Positions 30,196-38,549 of a stretch of DNA of 64,000 bases are shown piece after piece (the stretch's first letter is position 1; each line of letters opens with the position of its first letter). The notes beneath the pieces were generated by a model that saw only the letters and a list, made by a program, of their open reading frames with translations, was not told where the DNA came from and did not search any database. The DNA lies in the NCBI GenBank assembly GCA_963719495.1, contig CAVRCI010000007.1, positions 128,001 to 192,000 of the forward strand, read 5' to 3'. This DNA comes from an uncultured Verrucomicrobiae bacterium (GTDB lineage: Bacteria > Verrucomicrobiota > Verrucomicrobiia > Chthoniobacterales > JAATET01). The position numbers and the translations under genes are program-made.

Positions 30196-32250
30196 ATGAA
30201 AACCCATTCCAACTTCACGATCCTCGCCACGCTCGGCTTCCTCGCACTGGCCCCTCCCGCCCTCACCGCCGCGACGCTCCAGCTCGCCAACCCGCAGACC
30301 AACGGCTTTTTCGGCTCCTCGGTCAGCCAATCGGGCGACATCGGCCTCGTCGGAGCGTGGCCGCTTGGCACCTTCGGCCGGGGCGGCATCTTTCGAAGCG
30401 TGAACACGGCCACCGGCACGGTGACGCCGGACCTCACGCTCCTTCCCCCCAACTTCACGCCGGACAGCGGGTTTGGCCGCGCGGTCGCCCTCTCCGACAC
30501 CACCGCCATCGTCTCGGAGTATACCGAAAACAACACCCGCGGAGTGATCCACCTCTACCGCAATCTCGGCTCGGGCTCGGGCTCGTCGCCACAGGTCGCG
30601 ACCTTCGTCGCCAGCGACGCGGCGGACGGGGATTCTCTGGGCTCGGACGTCAGCCTGAGCGCGAGCATCGGCGTGGCCGGCGCGAGCGAAGCGGCCCCCA
30701 AAGGCGCGGCCTACGTCTTCCGCGACCTCGACACCGCCTCCAGCCCGAACATCCCCCAGAACCTCAAGCTCATCCCCAACGATGCGGCCCTGGCCAGCGG
30801 CTTTGGCAACGCGGTGAGCCTATCCGGCACGACCGCCGTCGTCGGCGGTGACGGGGCGGCCTACGTCTTCCGCAACCTCGGTGGTAACGCCTCCGGCACG
30901 GTCTCGCAGAACGCCATCCTCAGCTCCACCGATGCCTCAAGCAACACGTTCGGTAACGATGTGAGCGTATCCGCAGGCCTTGTCCTCGTCGGAAACTTTC
31001 TCGGAAATGGCGGCTCCGGTGCGGTCTACGTTTACCGCAACGTGAACACGGCGAACTCCACCATCACGCAGGATACCAGGCTCACCGTCGGCTTCGGTGC
31101 TGTCGACGATCGCTTCGGCAACTCCGTGAGCGTGGCCGGCGTGACCGGCCTCGTCGGGGCGCCCGGCGTCTCGGGCTTTCGCGGTGCCGCCTACCTCTTC
31201 TTCGATCTCAAAAACGCCGGCGGGAACGTCACCCCGGATGTGACGATCACCCCCTCCGTCGCCGCGGCCGACGACTCCTTCGGCCATTCCGTGAGCCTTA
31301 GCAGCGGGAATTTTCTGATCGGGGCGCATCGGGCCAGCATCGGCGCCACCAACGACGCCGGCAAAGTCTACAGCGGCAGCGTGCGCTCCATCACCACGCT
31401 CGACACCGGCAGCACGAGCGAGACGATCGACGGAATCAGCTTCGATTTGAAGGGGGACTGGATCATCGGCGACTCGACCGATTTCAACTCCATCACGCTC
31501 ACGAGCGGCGACACGGCCGCGGTCGCCAACGGCTTGAACAACGCCGTTTACGTCGGCAAAAACGCCGGCTCGGACCACAACCAGCTCACCATCGAGGGCA
31601 CTCTCTTCGCAAACCAGGTCTTCATCGGTTCGCCCGGCGGCAACACCGGCAATGAGCTGCGCATCGAAAACGGCGTCACCTTCGTCACGTCGCGCACGCA
31701 CCTCGCCCCCGGCGACAACCAACTCGTCCTCTCGGGCAACCACGCGCCCTACTCCGCGCTCTCGACTTACTTGAAGCTGAACGAGGACGGGAACTTCTTC
31801 CTGCGCGTGTGGAATGGCAGCGCCTGGATCGACGTGACGACCGCGACCTCCGATCTCGTCACGGTCACCTACGACGCCGGTTCGAACTTCACCACGGTCA
31901 AGGCCTTCACCGCCAACCCAACGCCCACCCCAACGCCCACAGCCTCACCGACCCCGGCGCACATCGTCGACGCGACCCGCCCGAACCTACGAATTCGCGG
32001 GCGCAAGACGATCGAGACATTGCGCAAGCGGGTCGTCATCCGCGGTCGGGTGCGCGATGACTCCTCCGGCGTCCGCAAGATCAAAGTGAATGGGGCCTCC
32101 GTCGCCAAGGCGAAGATCAAAAATAACGGGAGGTTCAAGGTCGTCCTGCGCGTTCAACGAGATCGTGGCCGCGTCGTCGCCAGACTACGAGCAATCGACA
32201 ACGCGGACAACCGCTCGAAAGTCTCACGTTTCCGCATCCTCCGTCGATAG
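30196..32250 (+). CDS. Secreted FG-GAP-repeat protein with PT linker and basic C-terminal domain
   Basis: Repeated FG.SVS.SG...LVGA...GAAYVF motifs; PTPTPTPTASPTP linker. Confidence 0.88.
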   Translation: MKTHSNFTILATLGFLALAPPALTAATLQLANPQTNGFFGSSVSQSGDIGLVGAWPLGTFGRGGIFRSVNTATGTVTPDLTLLPPNFTPDSGFGRAVALSDTTAIVSEYTENNTRGVIHLYRNLGSGSGSSPQVATFVASDAADGDSLGSDVSLSASIGVAGASEAAPKGAAYVFRDLDTASSPNIPQNLKLIPNDAALASGFGNAVSLSGTTAVVGGDGAAYVFRNLGGNASGTVSQNAILSSTDASSNTFGNDVSVSAGLVLVGNFLGNGGSGAVYVYRNVNTANSTITQDTRLTVGFGAVDDRFGNSVSVAGVTGLVGAPGVSGFRGAAYLFFDLKNAGGNVTPDVTITPSVAAADDSFGHSVSLSSGNFLIGAHRASIGATNDAGKVYSGSVRSITTLDTGSTSETIDGISFDLKGDWIIGDSTDFNSITLTSGDTAAVANGLNNAVYVGKNAGSDHNQLTIEGTLFANQVFIGSPGGNTGNELRIENGVTFVTSRTHLAPGDNQLVLSGNHAPYSALSTYLKLNEDGNFFLRVWNGSAWIDVTTATSDLVTVTYDAGSNFTTVKAFTANPTPTPTPTASPTPAHIVDATRPNLRIRGRKTIETLRKRVVIRGRVRDDSSGVRKIKVNGASVAKAKIKNNGRFKVVLRVQRDRGRVVARLRAIDNADNRSKVSRFRILRR

Positions 32251-32431
32251 CACCCAAGAGTCATTCCAAACCCCGAACCGCTCAAATCTCCTCCCAACCG
32301 TAAAACGCACCATTCGCTCGACGCGCCATTCACACCGCCAGCGTTGATCGAAAAGACCCCGGTCGCCGATGATCTCGCGAGGGACGGCCTCCATGCCGTC
32401 CTCACCTACTTGCGCTCTTCACCGAAAATCG

Positions 32432-32480
32432 GCTTGAAGCAGCGCCATTCCCGTCAGCCCCGAATGGCACTGTTTTAAGC
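32432..32480. repeat. Imperfect hairpin whose left arm and loop recur at 32723-32752
   Basis: gcttgaagcagcgccattc-N11-gaatggcactgttttaagc; the 22-mer cagcgccattcccgtcagcccc occurs at 32440 and 32731. Confidence 0.75.
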
Positions 32481-32505
32481 GAGTTTTCGACCGCTTTCGT
32501 CCTGA

Positions 32506-32627
32506 AAAGTCAGAGATCCTTCATTGCATTCAGGATGACAGGTTTGGATGAAGACGTTGCTTCGCAACGAGTGTCTCCCGTCCCCCCAAGCTGTCATTCT
32601 GAGGTAATCCGAAGAATCTCTGACTTT
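32506..32627. repeat. Inverted pair of GTCAT/ATGAC-type REP-like elements
   Basis: aaagtcagagatccttc...caggatgacag inverted with ctgtcattctgag...gaagaatctctgacttt; relatives at 22229, 54281, 60696 and 60878. Confidence 0.75.
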
Positions 32628-32752
32628 CTGCACACTGCGCGCCGCTGCCCTGCGAGGTTAAATAAGCCAGTTTGGACTCGAGTCCTCCGGTGAACCAGCA
32701 ACCCGTTTTCCGCCGACGAACCGCTTAAAACAGCGCCATTCCCGTCAGCCCC

Positions 32753-34483
32753 CTATTCCCCCACCCCAGCCGCCAAACCCTCGACCCGCGGATCACTCGC
32801 CCCCGACAGCGCCCCGGTCGCCGGATCGATCGCGATCACTTGCGCCGCGCCAAATCGAGACACCTCGTCGAGCCGGTGCCCCATCGCCTCCAGCCGCTCC
32901 CTTTCCGCCGCCGGGAAGCCACGTTCGATCTTGATCTCATCCGGCACCCACTGGTGATGAAACCTCGGCTGGGCCAGCGCCTCCTCCGGCCCCAGCCCGA
33001 AGTCCAGCGTTCCGACGATTCCGAGCAGCACCTGCGTGATGATCGTCGGCCCACCCGCCGCCCCGATTGCCAGCACCGGCTTCCCATCCTCGAGCACGAT
33101 CGTCGGACTCATGCTCGAGAGCGGTCGCTTTCCCGCCTCGACCCGGTTCGCCTCGCCGCCGATGAGCCCGAAGTGGTTCGGTTTTCCCGGAGCGATCGAG
33201 AAATCATCCATCTCGTTGTTCATCAGAATGCCCGTCCCCGGGATCACTACTTTCGAACCGAAGGCCGTGTTGATCGTCGCCGTGATCGACACCACGTTCC
33301 CGAGCGCGTCCGCCGCGCAGAAGTGCGTCGTGTGTTTCGAGAAAAAATCCTCGTCCGACCCCGGCGGCGTCCCGTGCGAATCGACGACCGTCGCCTTCGC
33401 CCGGTCCACCCGCCCGGCCAACTCCCGCGCGTAATCCTTGTCGATCAGCCCCCGCGGCACGTTCGCAAAACCCGGATCGCCCAGCCAATACGCCCGGTCC
33501 GCGAAGGCCAACTTCATCGTCTCCGTCAGCAAATGCGCGAACTCCGCCGAATCCGGTTTCATCGCCGCGAGATCCATTGGCTCGAGCATGTTCAGCATTT
33601 GCCCGACGTGAACCCCACCCGAACTCGGCGGCGGAAATCCCACGACCTCGTAGCCGCGGTAGGTCGTTCGTAGCGGCTCACGGTCCACCGTCGCGTAGCC
33701 GCGGAAATCTTCCGCCGTCAGCACGCCCCCGTTGGCTTTCATCCAAGTCTCCACGAGTTCGGGGAACCCGGAATCGTAAAACCACCCCGGCCCTTCCGCC
33801 GCGATCGCCTCGTAACTCGCCGCGAGGTCCGGCAGCTTCAGCGTCTCCCCCTGCGCGTAGGGCGAACCGTCCGCCTCGAGAAACTGCGCCGCCGACGCGG
33901 GGAACCGCGCGAGATCATCCGCCGCCCGCTCCAGCTTCCCCGCGTATTTCCCGTCGACCGCAAACCCGTCCCGCGCCAGCCGAATCCCCGCCGCGAAGTG
34001 CGCCGCCCACGGCAGCTTCCCGTAGCGCGAGGCCGCCTCGTGGTAGGCCGCCAGCGCCCCCGGCACCCCGGACGCCAGCGCACCGTCCTGACTCAGCTCC
34101 GTGTCCGGTTCCCCGTCGCGATAGAACATCCGCTGCGTCGCCGCTGCCGGAGCCGTCTCCCGGCCATCGATGCAGACCAGCAATCCATCCGCCAGCCGCA
34201 TCACGATGAAACACCCGCCGCCGATGCCCGAGTTGTGTCCATCGACCACCCCGAGCGCCAGCGCCGCCGCGACCGCCGCGTCGATCGCGTTCCCCCCATC
34301 GCGCAACTGCCCGAGGCCCGCCTCGGTCGCCAGCGGCGACACCGTCGAGACGAACCCCGCCACCGGCTCGCGCTCCGCGCCCCGCGCCATCGTCCCAGCA
34401 ATCAGCACGGCGAGCGCCAGCCCGACTCCGATCCGAGCTCGCGCTCTACTCCTGTCCAATTTGTTCCGTTTGGGGTTTTGCAT
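32753..34483 (-). CDS. ggt: Gamma-glutamyltransferase (canonical type)
   Basis: GGNAIDAAVA, SGIGGG, IDGRETAP, PPPSSGG, catalytic TTHF, NNEMDDF, PLSSMSP; start uncertain. Confidence 0.93.
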   Translation of the reverse strand: MQNPKRNKLDRSRARARIGVGLALAVLIAGTMARGAEREPVAGFVSTVSPLATEAGLGQLRDGGNAIDAAVAAALALGVVDGHNSGIGGGCFIVMRLADGLLVCIDGRETAPAAATQRMFYRDGEPDTELSQDGALASGVPGALAAYHEAASRYGKLPWAAHFAAGIRLARDGFAVDGKYAGKLERAADDLARFPASAAQFLEADGSPYAQGETLKLPDLAASYEAIAAEGPGWFYDSGFPELVETWMKANGGVLTAEDFRGYATVDREPLRTTYRGYEVVGFPPPSSGGVHVGQMLNMLEPMDLAAMKPDSAEFAHLLTETMKLAFADRAYWLGDPGFANVPRGLIDKDYARELAGRVDRAKATVVDSHGTPPGSDEDFFSKHTTHFCAADALGNVVSITATINTAFGSKVVIPGTGILMNNEMDDFSIAPGKPNHFGLIGGEANRVEAGKRPLSSMSPTIVLEDGKPVLAIGAAGGPTIITQVLLGIVGTLDFGLGPEEALAQPRFHHQWVPDEIKIERGFPAAERERLEAMGHRLDEVSRFGAAQVIAIDPATGALSGASDPRVEGLAAGVGE

Positions 34484-36134
34484 AATTCGATCTCCGGCCA
34501 TCCGCGACGCCCCGCGTCACACCATCCGCGCCACGCCACGCGGCGTTGACTCCACCAAAGTAAAACTCGTCGGCAGCGCGAAAATCGACCTCCCACCCCG
34601 CCTCCCGCAGATCGCCGGCGAGCCCGAATCCGTCCTCCACGTCCACCAAGTTCGCGGGATCCCCTCGCAGGATCCGCGGGCGTAAATGGAAGCGCGGGGC
34701 GTCCACCGCATCCTCGAGTGACAATCCACCAGCCGTCACCCCGACCAGCACCTCCAACACCGCGGTCGGGATTCGGCTGCCTCCCGGGGCCCCCAGAGCC
34801 AAACATCCTCCATCCGGATCGACCGCGATCACCGGCGACATCGTCGTTCGCGCCCGCAATCCCGGGCGCAGGTAATTCGGCGAATTCTCGGTGTTCACCG
34901 CGAAGTTCCCCATGCTGTTGTTGAGAATGACCCCGGTCCCCGGCGCGATCACGCCGGCACCAAACTTGAACCCCAAAGACTGCGTCGCGCTCACCACGTT
35001 GCCCGCCGCGTCCACCACCACGAAGTGCGTCGTGCTTCCCTCCACGCCCTCGTCCGAATCCGCCACCTCGGGCGTGTCCACGATCCCCTCGGCGACCCGC
35101 GCCGCAACCGACTCCGCCTCCGCCCCCGCCAACAACTCCACCCCAGCATCACCGGTCGCCACCCCCCGCGCCAGCGGATAGACCTGACGCAGGACGGCGC
35201 ACACTCGCACGATCCCCACCGCGTCCCACCGGATCGTCCCCGCGGACTCCAGAGCCTGCAAGGCCAGCAGGACGGTCATCCCCCCGGTCGACGGAACGGG
35301 ACTGCTCCAGACCTGCCAGTCGCGCCACTCGATTCGCAAGGGCTCGGCAATCTCCGGCTCGACGTCCGCCAGGTCACTACCCCGCAACCAGCCCCCGCCC
35401 GCTTTGCTCGCCGCCGCGATCCGTTCCACGATCACACCATCCCGCATCGCGTCCGCTCCACGCTCCGCGACCAACTCCAGAGACGCCGCCAGATCCAGTT
35501 GCGGCAGCCGCGAACCCACGACCGGAACCCGCGCCTCCGGAAAAAAGATCCGCCGAAATTCTCCGTCCGCGCCGAGCGTCTCCCGGTATTTGCGCAAAAG
35601 CGCCGCCAGGTCCGCGGTCACCACCGCACCCTCGCGCGCCAACCCAACCACCGGCTCGACGCATTCCCGCCAAGCCAACCGCCCCCACCGCTCGTGCGCT
35701 TCCGCCAGCGCCGGCAGCATGCCCGCGACCGCCGCCGCCCGCCAACCGCGCGTCAGATTCGCCCGGCCCGCCCCCCGCGCTTCCGCCGCCGTCACCGCTG
35801 CCGGAGCAGAATCCAGACCCACCACCGCCCTCACGGTCCCATCCGCCGCCGAGCGGTGCAGCAAAATCAATTTCCCGCCCAACCCCGATCCATCCGGCTC
35901 ACCCACCCCGACCGCCAACGACACCCCGACCGCCGCGTCCATCGCGCTGCCGCCCCGCTCCAGAATCGCCACGCCGATCTCACTCGCCTCGCGGCTCCCG
36001 GAGACCACCATCCCGCCGTCCGACGTGACCACCTGCGCACCCCGCAGTCCGACGGCCCCGACCACCAGCACGGCCCATAACGAGAGCCAAACCACTCGCC
36101 GACGCCGACGCAAACAATCCTGTCGCCCCCTCAC
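34446..36134 (-). CDS. Second, divergent gamma-glutamyltransferase-family protein
   Basis: Signal peptide, GGSAMDAAV, EPDGSGLGG, STTHFVVVD, LNNSMGNF, RTTMSP, GAPGGSRIP. Confidence 0.88.
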   Translation of the reverse strand: MRGRQDCLRRRRRVVWLSLWAVLVVGAVGLRGAQVVTSDGGMVVSGSREASEIGVAILERGGSAMDAAVGVSLAVGVGEPDGSGLGGKLILLHRSAADGTVRAVVGLDSAPAAVTAAEARGAGRANLTRGWRAAAVAGMLPALAEAHERWGRLAWRECVEPVVGLAREGAVVTADLAALLRKYRETLGADGEFRRIFFPEARVPVVGSRLPQLDLAASLELVAERGADAMRDGVIVERIAAASKAGGGWLRGSDLADVEPEIAEPLRIEWRDWQVWSSPVPSTGGMTVLLALQALESAGTIRWDAVGIVRVCAVLRQVYPLARGVATGDAGVELLAGAEAESVAARVAEGIVDTPEVADSDEGVEGSTTHFVVVDAAGNVVSATQSLGFKFGAGVIAPGTGVILNNSMGNFAVNTENSPNYLRPGLRARTTMSPVIAVDPDGGCLALGAPGGSRIPTAVLEVLVGVTAGGLSLEDAVDAPRFHLRPRILRGDPANLVDVEDGFGLAGDLREAGWEVDFRAADEFYFGGVNAAWRGADGVTRGVADGRRSNYAKPQTEQIGQE

Positions 36135-36137
36135 GCC

Positions 36138-36866
36138 CTAGTTGTGTGAAGGGTAATCCGCGGGTGCGACCAACTCGACATGGCCGTCGAAAAAGACGTA
36201 GTTCCGACCACCCCACGGCGTCCGCAGATCCTCCGGGATCGCGTGTTCGCTCCCTCCCGTGCCCGCCGACCCGTAGTTCTCCCCGTCGGCGTTCGTCGCC
36301 AACCAGATTCGCGACAACCGCCCGCCATCCTCGCCGTTCTTGACGTTCTCCAGCAATCCCACAAGCGGGAGCGGCTGCGACACCAGCGAAGCTGTATTCG
36401 TCCGCCGCCCGAAGAAATTCGGCGGCTCGGACTGCACCGTGTTGTTGAGGATGTAGGCCGTGCCCGCCCGGTTCGCGCCATAGTCCGACGGACTCTCCCA
36501 CATCGGGGAGTTCGGGGAAACTACCCCCGCGTCTTCGAGGAACGTACTCAGCCACTTTTCGCGGTCCCCATCCGCCACCGTCCGCGGAATCCGAATCCCG
36601 CGGTTGACCCGCCCCGGCAGCACCCCGTGCTCGCTCACGTATTGATGAACCGCGATCCCGATCTGCCGCAGGTTGTTCGCATCATCCGTCCGCTGCGACT
36701 TCACCAACGCTCCGTTCACCACCGGAACGAGCAACGCGACCAGAATCGTCAGAATCCCCAGCACGACCAGCAATTCGATCAAAGTGAACGCCCGGCTTCT
36801 CAACGTGAACGCCCGGCTTTCAAATCGAAGAATGATCGGCTGACCGGAGCATCGACAAATTTTCAT
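36138..36866 (-). CDS. Prepilin-type N-terminal cleavage/methylation protein with H-X9-DG-like C-terminus
   Basis: AFTLIELLVVLGIL, NNLRQIG, YVFFDGHV; real start may be TTG at 36803. Confidence 0.85.
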   Translation of the reverse strand: MKICRCSGQPIILRFESRAFTLRSRAFTLIELLVVLGILTILVALLVPVVNGALVKSQRTDDANNLRQIGIAVHQYVSEHGVLPGRVNRGIRIPRTVADGDREKWLSTFLEDAGVVSPNSPMWESPSDYGANRAGTAYILNNTVQSEPPNFFGRRTNTASLVSQPLPLVGLLENVKNGEDGGRLSRIWLATNADGENYGSAGTGGSEHAIPEDLRTPWGGRNYVFFDGHVELVAPADYPSHN

Positions 36867-36880
36867 CGGCATTCCAATTC

Positions 36881-36897
36881 AGCAATCAGCGTGCCAT
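36881..36897 (-). promoter_or_regulatory. Sigma-54 (-24/-12) promoter
   Basis: Minus strand reads TGGCACG-CTGA-TTGCT, an exact match to TGGCACG-N4-TTGCW. Confidence 0.85.
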
Positions 36898-36971
36898 CGG
36901 GCATTTTGGCGAAGCAACGGAATATTCTCCCCGTCCTTCCCCCCTTATTCCCTAAACTCGCCCTCGGTTCG

Positions 36972-37009
36972 GTTGTTGATTTGACAACCTTCGTTGGCAA
37001 ATCCACAAC
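36972..37009. promoter_or_regulatory. Tandem putative enhancer (UAS) palindromes GTTGT-N7-ACAAC
   Basis: GTTGT-tgatttg-ACAAC (36972) and GTTGG-caaatcc-ACAAC (36993), 21 bp apart. Confidence 0.7.
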
Positions 37010-37017
37010 TGAGAATC

Positions 37018-38361
37018 ATGGCCCTTAATCGACCCCGGATTCTGGTCACCGACGACGTCTCCGAGAATCTCCGCAGCCTCGCCCGCATGCTCCGGCCGGA
37101 CTTCGACGTCACCACCTGCTCCAGCCCCAAGCGCGCCGCCCGCATCGCTCGCTCCGGCGGCATCGACCTCCTCGTCACCACGCTCGTCATGCGCGAGCTG
37201 AACGGATTCGACCTCATCCGACGCCTCCGCGGCCACGGTTGTCAGACGCCCATCATCATGGTCACCGGCTACGGCGACGAGACCTCCGCCATCGAGGCCA
37301 CCCGACTCGGCGTCGCCGATTACATCACCAAACCGATCTCGGAGATCGAACTCCGCAAACGCACCCGCCGCGTTCTCGAACGCCAATCCGCCGACGCCGC
37401 CCCCTCGCTCTACCCGTCCGACCAGATCATCGCCGGCGATCCGGCCATGATCGATCTCCTCGACAAGTGCCGACTCATCGCCCGCTCCGCCAGCCGGGTC
37501 CTCATCTTCGGCGAGACCGGCGCCGGGAAGGAACTCCTCGCCCGCTTCCTTCACGACCACAGCCCCCGACGCGACGCCCCCTTCGTCGAAGTCAACTGCG
37601 CCGCCATCCCCGAGAATCTCCTCGAGAGCGAGTTCTTCGGCCACGAACGCGGCTCGTTCACCGGCGCGACCGCCCGCCGGATCGGCCGCTTCGAAGAAGC
37701 CGGCGAAGGCACGCTCTTCCTCGACGAGATCGGCGAGATCAGTTTTGCCCTCCAGGCCAAGCTCCTCCGCGTACTTCAGACCGGCTCCTTCAGCCGGGTC
37801 GGTCAGACCGGACAGCAGACCTCCCACGCCCGCGTCATCGCCGCCACCAACCGCGACCTCACGCAGGAAGCCCGCACCGGCCGCTTCCGCACCGACCTCT
37901 TCTACCGGCTCAATGTCATCAGAGTCGTCATCCCCCCGCTCCGCGAGCGCCCCAACGACATCCTCCCCCTCGCCCGCCACTTCATCAATCGCGCATCCGA
38001 TCCCACCCGCCCCTCGATCACCCTCTCCCCCGACGCCACCCGCATCCTCACCAACTACCCGTGGCCCGGCAACATCCGCGAACTCGAACACACGATCGAG
38101 CGCCTCGTCGTCCTCCTCCCCGGCCACCGCATCGAAGCCGCCGACCTCGCCGACCTCGCCGCCCCCTCCCCGCTCGCCCCGTCCGCCGCGGTCACCCTCC
38201 CGTATCGCGAAGCCGCCGCGGAATTCGAACGCACCTATTTTTCGACCCTCGTTCGCCAGACCCACGGCAACCTCGCCGCCGCCGCCCGCCTCGCCGGAAT
38301 GGACCGCGCAAACTTCTACCGCAAGGCACTTCAGCACGGATTGACCGCGAACCGAAAATAG
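37018..38361 (+). CDS. Sigma-54-dependent NtrC-family activator (receiver-AAA+-Fis HTH)
   Basis: GETGAGKE, ESEFFGHERGSFTGA, LFLDEIGE, DLFYRLNV, WPGNIRELE; start ATG 37018. Confidence 0.95.
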   Translation: MALNRPRILVTDDVSENLRSLARMLRPDFDVTTCSSPKRAARIARSGGIDLLVTTLVMRELNGFDLIRRLRGHGCQTPIIMVTGYGDETSAIEATRLGVADYITKPISEIELRKRTRRVLERQSADAAPSLYPSDQIIAGDPAMIDLLDKCRLIARSASRVLIFGETGAGKELLARFLHDHSPRRDAPFVEVNCAAIPENLLESEFFGHERGSFTGATARRIGRFEEAGEGTLFLDEIGEISFALQAKLLRVLQTGSFSRVGQTGQQTSHARVIAATNRDLTQEARTGRFRTDLFYRLNVIRVVIPPLRERPNDILPLARHFINRASDPTRPSITLSPDATRILTNYPWPGNIRELEHTIERLVVLLPGHRIEAADLADLAAPSPLAPSAAVTLPYREAAAEFERTYFSTLVRQTHGNLAAAARLAGMDRANFYRKALQHGLTANRK

Positions 38362-38364
38362 ATC

Positions 38365-38381
38365 GTTGTATTTTTAACAAC
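38365..38381. promoter_or_regulatory. Putative enhancer palindrome GTTGT-N7-ACAAC
   Basis: GTTGT-attttta-ACAAC, the same motif as at 36972. Confidence 0.7.
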
Positions 38382-38521
38382 ACCGATCCGCCGTTCTGAC
38401 CATCGGCCTCGGGATCTCAGCCGAACATCATTCCCGCGAATTCGCCGGAAGACCCCTCGCTAGCAACGAAAACCGAGGAAAAAACCGAATTTTCCCACGC
38501 CCGCTCCGTAAAATACAAATC

Positions 38522-38537
38522 TGGCACAAAATATGTT
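38522..38537 (+). promoter_or_regulatory. Possible sigma-54 promoter with imperfect -12 element
   Basis: TGGCACAAAATATGTT: -24 element intact, GT in place of GC at -12. Confidence 0.5.
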
Positions 38538-38549
38538 TATGAGCGGGGC

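Noticed and set aside
27136..32744. Autonomous mobile element or prophage
   Set aside because: No integrase, transposase or phage gene lies within the islet
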